Shown here: positions 18,915 to 29,186 of the stretch, piece after piece
How positions within the stretch are numbered: the stretch's first letter is position 1
How the letters are laid out: each line of letters starts with the position of its first letter
Source: Minisyncoccia bacterium
GTDB lineage: Bacteria > Patescibacteriota > Minisyncoccia > Phycocordibacterales > UBA9973
DNA length: 64,000 bases
NCBI GenBank assembly: GCA_041737125.1
Contig: JBGSSJ010000010.1
Location: 22,354-86,353 of the forward strand
Reading direction: 5' to 3'
Translations under genes and position numbers: made by a program
The notes under the pieces: generated by a model
Database searches by the model: none
The model's input: the letters and a program-made list of their open reading frames with translations, nothing else
What the model was told of the DNA's origin: nothing

Positions 18915-20663
18915 TTATATTATATCAACAATTTTAAGTCTTAGCTCTGTTCGGCCAGCAAAGGTACTTTTGTCGAAGTTCGCAATTAGATTGATCCTCT
19001 CCCCTGCTGTCAAAGTCCTCCCTAGGAAGCTATCACTTGTCTTAAAGAATGCAATTGCTTTCACAAGTCTACCTTTACTATCTGTGAACATAAGCTCCAA
19101 GTGATTCTTCTCTTTACCGAATTCTCTTACTTCTGTGATAGCTACATCTTTGAAGATAAAAGTGGGCTTCGGATTACCCATACCATACGGAGCAAGCTTC
19201 TCTATCACAGAGTAGCTCCCAGAAGTTACATCCTCAAGTCCAATAGATGCATCTATGTGGTGATCTATAATACTTTCTTTCACACCTGCCTGTCCGGTAG
19301 GCAGGTCTTTAATACCATCAAATACAGTCAGCAACCTCTCCTCTAGAAAGTGCACTTCTTCATGTGATATAGAGAATCCACCAGCCATAGTATGCCCACC
19401 AAAGTTAAGCAAGCTATTTGTAGGCAAGCTTGTCATAAGCTCTACAAGATTCACATCGCCATATGAGCGACATGATCCACGAATAACTTCGCTCCCTTCA
19501 CTACCCCAGACGAAAGCAGGCCTCTTGTACTCTTCAGCAATTTTCGAAGCGACGAGCCCTAGTATTCCTACTCGCCAAGATGGATTACCTATCACTATCA
19601 ATGGCTTCTCTTCCCTCTTACCGAGAGTCTTCTTCACATCTTTCATGATGTGCATTACTATCTTCTTCCTTTCGTCATTTATCTTGGCTAAGTGATCCGC
19701 CAAAGTTTTTGCTTCGACTTCATTTGTCGTAGCAAGCACTTCGAATGCATCCATGGGGTTCCCCATGCGTGAGGCAGCGTTGAGCCTTGGTGCTAGAGTA
19801 AAAGTAATATCTTCTTCATTTAATTTATCTACATTCACCCCTGCTTTATAGAAGAGCTCAGCGAGCCCTGGCCTACGACCCTTCTGCAAGACTTTCAATC
19901 CATAGTATGCGAGTACTCTATTCTCCCCTACAAGTGGTACTTGGTCAGCAAGTGTAGCAAGCCCTGCCATATCGAGGAGCCACTTCTCCCACCCACTATT
20001 TATCTTCCAGTATTCTCCGTACTTTTTCACTAATGCTTGCACGAGCTTGAAAGCTATACCTGCTCCGCAAAGATTCTTATCTGGATAAGTACAACCTTCT
20101 TGCTTCGGATTTATAATTGCGAAAGACCGAGGTACTTCGGCTTGCGGTAAGTGGTGATCAGTAATAATGACATCTATACCGGCACTTTGTGCTTTCGCGA
20201 CTTCCACCACAGCGGTAATACCTAGGTCAAAAGTAATGATGAGCTTCACTCCATCATTTATAAATACATCTATCGCGTCAATATGGAGTCCATAGCCTTC
20301 GTCGTGGCGATCTGGAATATACACCCGCACACCATAAGAGGGTGATGCGCTTTGCGCGTTATTTAAAACTTCACCCTCTTTGGTGTGCGGGTAAACAGAA
20401 ACAGGGTACCCTATCTTCGTGAAGAAGTCATGCATAATAACCGCAGCTGGAATACCGTCGCAGTCATAATCGCTATAGATAACAATCTTCTCTTTCGCTT
20501 CAATTGCCTCAAATATCCGTACGCAAGCACGCTCCATGTCTTTCAGTAAGAATGGGTCGTGTATATGGTCCTCATATGAAGGGTTTAAAAACTTATCTTG
20601 GTCTTCTAGTTTTATACCTCTATTCTTAAGGAGTAATTCCAATAGTTCTACATGATTCGGCAT
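18915..20663 (-). CDS. recJ: ssDNA exonuclease RecJ, with two in-frame palindromic insertions
   Basis: SDYDCDG, YIPDR..EGYG, TDHH, APRLNAASR, GGH, PYGMGNPKP; start at 20663 after TGtTACAAT. Confidence 0.96.
   Translation of the reverse strand: MPNHVELLELLLKNRGIKLEDQDKFLNPSYEDHIHDPFLLKDMERACVRIFEAIEAKEKIVIYSDYDCDGIPAAVIMHDFFTKIGYPVSVYPHTKEGEVLNNAQSASPSYGVRVYIPDRHDEGYGLHIDAIDVFINDGVKLIITFDLGITAVVEVAKAQSAGIDVIITDHHLPQAEVPRSFAIINPKQEGCTYPDKNLCGAGIAFKLVQALVKKYGEYWKINSGWEKWLLDMAGLATLADQVPLVGENRVLAYYGLKVLQKGRRPGLAELFYKAGVNVDKLNEEDITFTLAPRLNAASRMGNPMDAFEVLATTNEVEAKTLADHLAKINDERKKIVMHIMKDVKKTLGKREEKPLIVIGNPSWRVGILGLVASKIAEEYKRPAFVWGSEGSEVIRGSCRSYGDVNLVELMTSLPTNSLLNFGGHTMAGGFSISHEEVHFLEERLLTVFDGIKDLPTGQAGVKESIIDHHIDASIGLEDVTSGSYSVIEKLAPYGMGNPKPTFIFKDVAITEVREFGKEKNHLELMFTDSKGRLVKAIAFFKTSDSFLGRTLTAGERINLIANFDKSTFAGRTELRLKIVDII
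19284..19306. repeat. In-frame palindrome in recJ, encodes LPTGQAG
   Basis: ACCTGCCTGTCCGGTAGGCAGGT. Confidence 0.75.
20323..20392. repeat. In-frame palindromic insertion in recJ, encodes YPHTKEGEVLNNAQSASPSYGVRV
   Basis: ACCCGCACACCA-T-AAGAGGGTGA ... TCACCCTCTT-TGGTGTGCGGGT inverted arms. Confidence 0.85.
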
Positions 20664-20736
20664 TTTATGATTGTAACATAAAAGTCGTTTGACTTTGTAG
20701 CTCAAAGTAGTAATGTTAAAAATAAAACTAATTCCC

Positions 20737-21480
20737 ATGAAAAAACTAATTATTTTAGTAATGGTGATAGTTATCGCCCTTACTACCCAAGGCCAAGACA
20801 GCCTAAAATGTCCTCGGTATGTTTGCGTTGAACCTGCGGCTAGACCCGGCTCTATAGAAGAGCTGTGGGAGAAAGAAATGGTTCGTTACATGAAAATCAT
20901 TGTGGATAAATTCGGACTCCCCTTTGATAGCACATGGCAACCCAGGGTTTCTTTCGTAGAGACTCAGTATTATGCAGCTCAATACAATCAGGTTTCTAAA
21001 TCTTTTACAATCACAAAATGGTACAGGCCAGTTCTTCCCAGGGATTCCGGTAGCAACTTTGTCGCCAATCTTGTGAGCCATGAACTTGGCAACGCATTAG
21101 CTGAGCAAAGAGCTTACAGTAAATTCTGCAAAATGTGGCCAGATACTATGGTGTGGAAGTATGGCTCAGAGAGGCAAAGGTTTGCACAGAAAATTTTGTC
21201 AGAAGGTGTGGCAGAATACTTCGGATATCTTGTTACGGGTGGTCTTAAAACTGATTCCTTATATAGACACCTACCAAACAAGGAAAGAAATTGTGTTTGG
21301 AATCCAAGTTTGTGGATGTACAACGGTGGATATTGGACAGTCAAACCCATCCTTGATACGTTTGGTATCCGGGGATTGGATTACATAATTCGAAATACGA
21401 AATTCCCTGGCATAGATTACAATTTAAGAAAGTGGGCTAAAAAATATCAAGAAAAAGCCTTCAAAGAGCTTTCCCAATAG
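20737..21480 (+). CDS. Secreted hypothetical protein, degenerate zincin (peptidase MA-like)
   Basis: Signal peptide MKKLIIL...; SHELGN followed by LSEGVAEY. Confidence 0.55.
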   Translation: MKKLIILVMVIVIALTTQGQDSLKCPRYVCVEPAARPGSIEELWEKEMVRYMKIIVDKFGLPFDSTWQPRVSFVETQYYAAQYNQVSKSFTITKWYRPVLPRDSGSNFVANLVSHELGNALAEQRAYSKFCKMWPDTMVWKYGSERQRFAQKILSEGVAEYFGYLVTGGLKTDSLYRHLPNKERNCVWNPSLWMYNGGYWTVKPILDTFGIRGLDYIIRNTKFPGIDYNLRKWAKKYQEKAFKELSQ

Positions 21481-21510
21481 GCATTAATTCGAAAGAGTTA
21501 GTGTCTATTT

Positions 21511-22137
21511 TTAATTAATCTTAAAAAATGAAAACTCATAGTCAGCAGTTGAATTACTGAATGCTTCTGTTGGCCAACCTTCAACACTAACAATTATCTG
21601 AGTATCTCCAATAAAAGTACTGTAAATCCTATACTCGCAAGAATCTCCTATGCATGATTCATTTGAAACAAACCAGTTTCGGCCATTAAACTGTTTTGTG
21701 TTATCTGAGTTAAAATCATTTCTATTAAATAAATCTTTTTGTTTGTAGTATAAATCCAATTCTGTTTCAGGAGAGGGTCCACCATCAGGATACTCCAAAC
21801 ATTCTCCAGTACAATTCTTTACCCAATCCTTTAAGGTCTCCTCGTTTAGAAAAACAATACGATTAAGGTAAGGTGGTTTAATATAATCTTTTTTAGATAT
21901 TTGTTTAAATCCATAAGCTGGTATTGTATTACCATCCCAGTAACCCGATTTTTCTAAAACATATTGCTTTTTTACTTCAATAGAAAAACCTGTTTCAGGT
22001 ATTTGAATTATATGGGTATTGGTGTCCGTTTTTTCTGGTTCAAATTTAACAACTTCTATTTCTTTTTGATTACCATAAATTAGAAGAATTCCTGAAAGAA
22101 TAATTGCAATAAAAATTATAATAAGATTTTTATTCAT
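21511..22137 (-). CDS. Hypothetical membrane-anchored protein
   Basis: N-terminal TM, two Cys pairs, no family recognised. Confidence 0.6.
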   Translation of the reverse strand: MNKNLIIIFIAIILSGILLIYGNQKEIEVVKFEPEKTDTNTHIIQIPETGFSIEVKKQYVLEKSGYWDGNTIPAYGFKQISKKDYIKPPYLNRIVFLNEETLKDWVKNCTGECLEYPDGGPSPETELDLYYKQKDLFNRNDFNSDNTKQFNGRNWFVSNESCIGDSCEYRIYSTFIGDTQIIVSVEGWPTEAFSNSTADYEFSFFKIN

Positions 22138-22151
22138 AAATAAATGATATT

Positions 22152-23273
22152 TTATTTCAAAGCTTTAATTCCTGGCAAGGTGCCTTTGGCGAGGAAGTCG
22201 AGGGTTGCTCCGCCGCCGGTGGAGACAAATCCTAGCTTGCTCTCGAGTTTGAGTTTAGAGACTATCGCTACTGTATCCCCTCCTCCTATCACACTCTTTG
22301 CTTTTGCTTTTGATATTATTCGTAGTAATGCTTCTGTTGTGCCACCGAACCCTGTCTCGTATTTACCGAGTGGTCCATTCCATAATATAAACTTTGCTTT
22401 CGATATTAGGTCACTTAGCATCTCTATAGACTTCGGGCCTACATCAAGTATGGCTTCATCTACTGCTACATCATCAGGCTTCGTAATACGGCGTTTACTA
22501 CCTTTCGCAACTTCTACATCTGTCGGTAGGACTAAGTTCTTGTGCTTGAGGAGTGAAGTAATCTGAAAGTCAGTATTATCGACAAGTGATGTACCCACCT
22601 GGTAGCCACGAGCTCGGAAGAAGTCGTTGGCAAGTGCACCGCCCACGAACACATGGTCGGCGTCGCGGAGGAACTTCTTGATCAGAGGAATCTTAGTATC
22701 AAATTTCGCCCCACCTAGGATGAATAGGAATGGATGTTCAGGTTCGAATGCAGAGGACAGGTGATCCACTTCTTCTATGAGCTGGAATCCTGTATAGCCT
22801 TCCAAGTGCTTCGTAATACCTACAACAGACGCATGCTGTCTGTGGGACACAGAGAAAGCATCATTCACATATATATCACCATAACGAGATAGTGCTCGGG
22901 CAAATGATGGAGAGTTGTTCTTCTCTCCTGTTTCTGTGCGCAAATTCTCGAGCATTATCACATCACCCTTTTTGGCATTTTTAATTAAATTCTCTGTCTC
23001 ATCCGAGAAGATTGAGTTATGAGAAAATATTGCTCTCGGTTCTAGCTTCTTGAGCTTGTCGAAAACTGGCTTCAAGCTTTGCTTCCCGTCCTCACCAATA
23101 TGTGCGAGTAGTACTACTATCGCTCCCTTTTTCTGTAAATAAGATATGGTCGGTATCGCTTTCTTTATACGGAAATCATCTACGACTTTGCCGTCTACCA
23201 TTGGTACATTAAAATCAACTCGGACGAGTACTCGCTTGCCGGACACACCCTCAATCTCTTTTATGGATTTCAT
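22152..23273 (-). CDS. pgk: Phosphoglycerate kinase
   Basis: RVDFNVP, LENLR, VNDAF, WNGPLG, GGGDT, STGGGA. Confidence 0.98.
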   Translation of the reverse strand: MKSIKEIEGVSGKRVLVRVDFNVPMVDGKVVDDFRIKKAIPTISYLQKKGAIVVLLAHIGEDGKQSLKPVFDKLKKLEPRAIFSHNSIFSDETENLIKNAKKGDVIMLENLRTETGEKNNSPSFARALSRYGDIYVNDAFSVSHRQHASVVGITKHLEGYTGFQLIEEVDHLSSAFEPEHPFLFILGGAKFDTKIPLIKKFLRDADHVFVGGALANDFFRARGYQVGTSLVDNTDFQITSLLKHKNLVLPTDVEVAKGSKRRITKPDDVAVDEAILDVGPKSIEMLSDLISKAKFILWNGPLGKYETGFGGTTEALLRIISKAKAKSVIGGGDTVAIVSKLKLESKLGFVSTGGGATLDFLAKGTLPGIKALK

Positions 23274-23277
23274 ATAA

Positions 23278-24027
23278 TTATGCGGACTTTATTATTAATT
23301 CGAACTTTTTAGGAACCAAGCTGTCGCGACCAATAAGGAAGCCATCTGCCCCACCATGGTGAAGGAAAGCACTTGCATTCTTTGGATTGACTGACCCACC
23401 GTAGAGTATAGCCATATTGTGAGCAATATTTGCACTATAAATGTCGGAAATAATTTTCCTGATGAAGATTTTTACTTCTATGAATTCCTCTGCTGTGGCT
23501 TCACGCACACTTTCCTTACCTATAGCCCAGATAGGCTCATAAGCGATGACGATATTCTTTACTTGAGATTTCGATATATTTGCGAAAGCTTGATGTAATT
23601 GATTCTTGATAAATGATAGATAATCTCCGCCACTATCACGCACATGTTCCCCTACACATACAATGGGAAACATTTTATTTTTTAAAATATTTAAAATTTT
23701 CTTATTTACTATCGCATCTGTATTACCTATTTTCCTCCTCTCTGAGTGACCTACTATCACATATGATGCACCCAGGCTTTTAAGCATGCTTGCCCCCACT
23801 TCGCCTGTGTGTGAACCTGAGTCTTCTATAGATACATCTTGCGCACCAAGAATAACTCTCTTTGTTTTGTATTTAGAATGAATGGAGAGATATGGATGAG
23901 GTGGACAAACTACAATAGATGCATTTTTTGATGAATCAATCTTGATTAATGATTTAAAAAGAATTTCCGCTTCTTTTACAGATTGCGGATTCATTTTCCA
24001 GTTGCCAACGATGAGCTTTTTTGCCAT
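23278..24027 (-). CDS. tpiA: Triosephosphate isomerase
   Basis: GNWKMN, GHSERR, AYEPIWAIG, LYGGSV; start at 24027. Confidence 0.97.
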   Translation of the reverse strand: MAKKLIVGNWKMNPQSVKEAEILFKSLIKIDSSKNASIVVCPPHPYLSIHSKYKTKRVILGAQDVSIEDSGSHTGEVGASMLKSLGASYVIVGHSERRKIGNTDAIVNKKILNILKNKMFPIVCVGEHVRDSGGDYLSFIKNQLHQAFANISKSQVKNIVIAYEPIWAIGKESVREATAEEFIEVKIFIRKIISDIYSANIAHNMAILYGGSVNPKNASAFLHHGGADGFLIGRDSLVPKKFELIIKSA

Positions 24028-24047
24028 GGGTATATTATACCATAAAA

Positions 24048-25535
24048 TTACTCTATTTCTTCCCATGAAATAGTTGTGTATTTATCAGAGGTTAGAGGGA
24101 AAGATGGAGGCGGGCCATAGAGAAGATTGGCATCGTAAGTAATAATACGATCATCATATCCAGTACCATTCACATAAGCAAAACCATATCTTTGATTTGT
24201 CCCTATCATACCGTATAGAGTTATTGAATTCCTTGTATGATATGGACTGCATGAACTAGTATAATAATGTCTACCTACCCTACCATTGTTTGCCATCAAC
24301 GCTGCATCAATTTTCAAATCGGTATCACTTACCATGCCGACAGTTATATTATTCTGAGCTATTAACCCCACAACATCTCGTCCATCATAGTTCGTATAAG
24401 TTAGATCATTATTTACAATTATATTTTTCCTCTGGTTAGGGTTGTCTGGGAATTTACCTGCGGCAATAGTTAACCTAGCAGTATTTATCGCGCCATCTAC
24501 CCACACATTGTCTTCTACGAATATAAGCCCATTTGCAGGGTTGGCATAATTCCCTATAAATGTTTGCCCGTTCGAAGCTCTTATACTCCATGTACCCCAG
24601 TCTGCCTCTCCAGAACTCGTGTTACTGCAATTGTTACTTGCAGATGCTAAATTCGTAACCTTATATACATCATATGTGTCATTGTTTTTCAAAACAATAT
24701 GATAACCGGGAGAACTACCTCCGGCAGGAGCTAAATACTTGCCGCCTGATTGAGCGTTTGATTTTATTAATGACAGATCATTAGTTATACCTATGAAATC
24801 TGACTGAGGAACTGGGAACTGTCTTCCTACTTTAAAAACATCAATGCGATTAGGTACAGGATTGGTAGGAGGAGCTTCGAGCGCCCTGAAAGAATCATTC
24901 ACACCACCACCCGGATTATTCACATGAGTATGAACTCCGAATTCATTGTTCCCTGTATGGTCAGGGTCATTGAAAGTAGCAACTGTGCTCGTGACTAAAT
25001 TATGGGCAATACCATCAAATCTTATACCATTATTCGAATGAATTGGACCGAAAACTTCTGTTCCATCACCAAATCTCATAAAGTCGTTGGCAACAACTGC
25101 GAATTTCGCAAATGATGGTATGGCAAGCTTTGTTTGAACAGCTCTTTTTATGGATGGAGAGCTAGTAACACGTCCTTCTGACTTGATAGTTACTAAAGTA
25201 GAGCCAACTATCGGAGGAGTAATAGTGAGAGTGAATGTCCCTATAACATTCCCATCCTTATCATGAAAGTCATGAACATAGGGGCCGGGCTGTCCTGTCC
25301 CATCTTGGAAGTCACTCTGATTGTGAGCTAGATGCCAGCGATAATAATCAATTCCCGCTTCTGCTATTTGGAAGGCTTGTTCTTTATATAAAGCATTCTG
25401 AGTAATTCTAATACTCCCTGAAACCCAAGTAATAAAAAATGTTACAAGGGATATAGCCAAGAAAGCGAAGACGAGTACATTCATAAGAATAACTCCTCTG
25501 TTTTTTTTATTAAAATTGTACTTTTTATTTATCAT
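24048..25535 (-). CDS. PilX-like minor pilin
   Basis: RG|VILMNVL prepilin-like N-terminus, QAFQIAEAGI motif. Confidence 0.75.
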   Translation of the reverse strand: MINKKYNFNKKNRGVILMNVLVFAFLAISLVTFFITWVSGSIRITQNALYKEQAFQIAEAGIDYYRWHLAHNQSDFQDGTGQPGPYVHDFHDKDGNVIGTFTLTITPPIVGSTLVTIKSEGRVTSSPSIKRAVQTKLAIPSFAKFAVVANDFMRFGDGTEVFGPIHSNNGIRFDGIAHNLVTSTVATFNDPDHTGNNEFGVHTHVNNPGGGVNDSFRALEAPPTNPVPNRIDVFKVGRQFPVPQSDFIGITNDLSLIKSNAQSGGKYLAPAGGSSPGYHIVLKNNDTYDVYKVTNLASASNNCSNTSSGEADWGTWSIRASNGQTFIGNYANPANGLIFVEDNVWVDGAINTARLTIAAGKFPDNPNQRKNIIVNNDLTYTNYDGRDVVGLIAQNNITVGMVSDTDLKIDAALMANNGRVGRHYYTSSCSPYHTRNSITLYGMIGTNQRYGFAYVNGTGYDDRIITYDANLLYGPPPSFPLTSDKYTTISWEEIE

Positions 25536-26146
25536 AAATTATCTTTCAAGTTACGAATACTAACTTGGGTTGTTACAACTATAGGTGCGGGTGGTCTATT
25601 AGGATCAATATCAATCATAATATTTATTTTCACCAGTCGGACTTCAAGTATGGAAACAGGCTGAACTAATGGGTTACCACTACCTGAATAATTAGAATTA
25701 TAATATGTAAATATAGGAGTTGCTCCATTACTAACACCAGTTATAATGTTTGTAATGACTTCACTTCCAGAAACATATTGGAGAGGACTACCTGTCGGCT
25801 TGATTACACCTTTTTTAAGAATATTCCCATCCAAGAAATACCTAATTCTCTCCTTATTGCCATTATTATCAATATCAGAATAAAATATAAATTCATTCAC
25901 ATCTGCTTTCTCTATTGCATATGAACCGAGAGATGATGGTGATGCTGACCTAATCTCGGAAGTCATAGGCGAGAGAACTTTTCTTGCTTCATCATAAGAA
26001 GTAAGACCTTTCGAGAATACACTATCATAATAATATACGTCGCGAGCAAAGCTCATTACTATAAGGGCCACTATAGAGAAGACTGCTACAGTAACGAGCA
26101 TTTCTATAAGTGTAAAGCCTTTATTTTTTATTCTTATATGATTCAT
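25532..26146 (-). CDS. Type IV minor pilin (PilW/PulJ-like)
   Basis: KGFTLIEML prepilin cleavage/methylation motif. Confidence 0.85.
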   Translation of the reverse strand: MNHIRIKNKGFTLIEMLVTVAVFSIVALIVMSFARDVYYYDSVFSKGLTSYDEARKVLSPMTSEIRSASPSSLGSYAIEKADVNEFIFYSDIDNNGNKERIRYFLDGNILKKGVIKPTGSPLQYVSGSEVITNIITGVSNGATPIFTYYNSNYSGSGNPLVQPVSILEVRLVKINIMIDIDPNRPPAPIVVTTQVSIRNLKDNL

Positions 26147-26149
26147 AAA

Positions 26150-27940
26150 TTATGGTGTTATTGTAATTTCTTCTTTCGTCCAATTATTAGATATATCTAC
26201 CTGTCTTGAAGTACTCTGATAGGAATCCTTGTCTACGTCGATAGTATAGGAACCTGTACTAAGGTTTGAGAAAGAAACTTGTCCAGGAGGAATACAAGCA
26301 GAAGAGAAAGTGAAAGTAACATCAGACACGCTAGGGGTAAATCCTGTATCTTCAGTTGATAAATATAAACGATACCTAAAATACCTATCTCCATTATGAG
26401 ATGAGTTTATGTTCTGATCCACAGAAGTGTAGTAGCTCGCATTTGTACCGTCTGGCCCTACAAAATTCCATGTTAGGTTGTCATTATTAGTAGCAATCTG
26501 AGCCCTAACACTGTTTCCTCCAGTTTCTATTGGTTGGGTAATTTGATTCCAAATAATTTGTTTAAAATTACTTGGTGCTCCTATATCAAAAGTAGATGAA
26601 GTAATGTTCCCACCAGTATTATATGTACCGAAAACTTCACTCAAACGGAGCTCCCCCGCCACATCATCATCTATGCCACCACTTATAGATAGATACATAT
26701 TCGGATTCTCAAATAGTTCTTGCCCTCCGCCTTCAGACCAATCAGTCTGAGTAATGAATCCTTCGTTTGTGACGAGAACCTTAGAATAACTACTTGGACC
26801 AGTCACGGTGACAGTTGCATCGGTAATAGGTAAGCCTGTTGATTGGTCTCGAACCACCACGAGCAATCTTCTGCCATTTTTAGGCGCAGTTATTATCTCT
26901 AGATCTTGGTTCACATTTGGATTAACACCAAGAGAAAGCAGTGGATTAGTCCCAATTATATCGTTTACACTATCGATACCTGAAATCATATATGTATCCC
27001 ACTCTAAATCAGATATCGATAGCAAGCCTCCTCCTGAAGTACTTTTAGTCTTTGAATATTTAAATTTATCAGGACTTGTACCAATTAATTTATTCCCCGA
27101 AATACTAAAATCAAAATTAGGAGTCGCTACACACTGGCTATTTATACTAGATACATTTACTGTACTAAGCTCATCAATAGTAAAAGAAATTTGTGTTATC
27201 TGCTGTACCACAACTGTGACATTGGGTTTTATAGGGTTTGGATTCTCTGCTTCTCCTATCGGATAAGTCTCTTCTGTTGAGTATCCATCTTTACTTACTA
27301 TTATTTTATATCCATCAACCGAAGGAGGAGCATCGACTATCGTCAATACACCATTTATATCAGTAACATCATTTAAATTTATATTGGGGTTAATACTTGT
27401 GTTTATTATATTCACATCGGCTCCGGCCACAGGCAAGCCTGAAGCATTAAAAACTCTTACAATTAGAGCTCCATTGGTCGAAGCAGTTTCCAAATTCTTG
27501 GGGCCAACTTTGGTCGTAAATGAAATTGGAGTGGTCCCCTCTCCACAATATTCGCAAGAAATATTTAATTCTATTAATTTCATATCCGCGGGGGATAAAT
27601 CTTTGGGAGATCCATTAAATGTACCATCAAAAGGATCGTCGTAATTCCTTATGGTCGTATTTAAGACGAAAGTTTTCCCATCACGCTCTAAGGGCTGAGT
27701 AGCAAGAATAGTACCTACTGGTATACCACTAACTAAACCGACATTTTGGTAAGGCATGTTGCGGATAATCTCAAATTGCTCGTTCGCAATATTCGTCATG
27801 ATAGTTTTCACTCTAACAACATTCATGGTTCTTAGAATCGTAGTAAAGCCCAAATATATACCCGATGCCATTGCCGTGAATACCGCAATGGCAATGAGGA
27901 CTTCAACTAATGTAAAACCTTTTTTGGGGTGATATCTCAT
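26150..27940 (-). CDS. Large type IV pilin-like protein with carboxypeptidase-regulatory-like (Cna-B) domains
   Basis: KGFTLVEVL; repeated V.D.SG.PV.GA.V beta-sandwich motifs. Confidence 0.8.
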   Translation of the reverse strand: MRYHPKKGFTLVEVLIAIAVFTAMASGIYLGFTTILRTMNVVRVKTIMTNIANEQFEIIRNMPYQNVGLVSGIPVGTILATQPLERDGKTFVLNTTIRNYDDPFDGTFNGSPKDLSPADMKLIELNISCEYCGEGTTPISFTTKVGPKNLETASTNGALIVRVFNASGLPVAGADVNIINTSINPNINLNDVTDINGVLTIVDAPPSVDGYKIIVSKDGYSTEETYPIGEAENPNPIKPNVTVVVQQITQISFTIDELSTVNVSSINSQCVATPNFDFSISGNKLIGTSPDKFKYSKTKSTSGGGLLSISDLEWDTYMISGIDSVNDIIGTNPLLSLGVNPNVNQDLEIITAPKNGRRLLVVVRDQSTGLPITDATVTVTGPSSYSKVLVTNEGFITQTDWSEGGGQELFENPNMYLSISGGIDDDVAGELRLSEVFGTYNTGGNITSSTFDIGAPSNFKQIIWNQITQPIETGGNSVRAQIATNNDNLTWNFVGPDGTNASYYTSVDQNINSSHNGDRYFRYRLYLSTEDTGFTPSVSDVTFTFSSACIPPGQVSFSNLSTGSYTIDVDKDSYQSTSRQVDISNNWTKEEITITP

Positions 27941-27941
27941 A

Positions 27942-29159
27942 CTATTTAATATTACTCATAACTGAGTACATCGGTGTCATCATAGACACAGCGAAGAATC
28001 CCACCGCTCCCCCTATAAAAATCATAAGAACGGGTTCAATGATGGTGGATAAATCTTTAGTTTTACTATCGACCTCTCCCTCGTAGAAGTTCGCAATATC
28101 AAGTAGCATTTTCGACAGATTACCCGTCTCTTCCCCGACTTCTATCATCTCCCCCATCATTACTGGATACAACCTTTGATTCTCTTTGAAAGAAACAGAA
28201 AGAGGATCACCTTTCTCTATCCCTAGTCTTGCATTACCAATAACTTTTTTGTAGTAAAGATTCTGTAGCACGTCCTCGGTGATACCGAGAGCTTTCGATA
28301 AATCTGTACCGGAAGAAAGTAGAGATGAAAGTGTACGCGCAGTGCGAGCAGTATTCACTTCTTGGACAATATTCCCTATTACAGGTATACGTATAATAAG
28401 ATAATCAAAATATTTCTGAGTTACTTTTGATCTTGCAAAGAACATAAAACCACCGATAATAAAAGCAAATGATCCTAAAAATAGTACAGTGTAATCAGTT
28501 ATTACATTTGAAAGCCAAATTACAAACTGTGTAGATGCTGGCAACTTTTGACCCAAGTTTTCAAAAGTTTTCACCAACGTAGGAACCACGAACATCATCA
28601 TAAGAACCCCAATTAGAAATATGGCAATCAAGATAATAGTTGGGTACATCATCGCCCCTTTGATTTTCTTGTTTAGATCGTAGGACTTCTTCAGGGTCAT
28701 ACCTATTTCCGAAAGCACTTTAGGTAAGCCACCGGAACCTTCGCCAGACTTAACCATAGAAATAAAAAGTGGTGAGAATACTTTCGGGAACTTCTTCATG
28801 CCATCTGAAAGAGTATTACCTTTATTCACATCTTCTATCAAGCTAGCTAGAACTTTATTAAAGGCTGGATTTTTAGTTTGCTTTTCTAGGACTTCAAGTG
28901 ACCGTGTAAGAGAGAGTCCTGCGGAGAGCATCCCACTTAAGTTGTTCGTAAAGACCATCTTCTCAGATAATGACACACTACTGAAAATCTCTAACTTCCC
29001 TCCTAAGGAAAAACCAACTTTATCCTTTACTTCTACTACATTAAGAGGCAGGAACCCTTGAGCACGTAATTCAGAAGCAAGAACAAATTTATCTGGTGAT
29101 TCTTTAATACCTTCTTCTATAGAACCATCCTTTTTTTGTATTTTATATTTAAATTTCAT
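27942..29159 (-). CDS. pilC: Type IV pilus platform protein PilC (GspF family)
   Basis: LSGMLSAGLSL, KIKGAMMYP, VGEETGNL, IIEPVLM. Confidence 0.93.
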   Translation of the reverse strand: MKFKYKIQKKDGSIEEGIKESPDKFVLASELRAQGFLPLNVVEVKDKVGFSLGGKLEIFSSVSLSEKMVFTNNLSGMLSAGLSLTRSLEVLEKQTKNPAFNKVLASLIEDVNKGNTLSDGMKKFPKVFSPLFISMVKSGEGSGGLPKVLSEIGMTLKKSYDLNKKIKGAMMYPTIILIAIFLIGVLMMMFVVPTLVKTFENLGQKLPASTQFVIWLSNVITDYTVLFLGSFAFIIGGFMFFARSKVTQKYFDYLIIRIPVIGNIVQEVNTARTARTLSSLLSSGTDLSKALGITEDVLQNLYYKKVIGNARLGIEKGDPLSVSFKENQRLYPVMMGEMIEVGEETGNLSKMLLDIANFYEGEVDSKTKDLSTIIEPVLMIFIGGAVGFFAVSMMTPMYSVMSNIK

Positions 29160-29186
29160 CCTGTTTGAAGTTATAAATGTTACATT

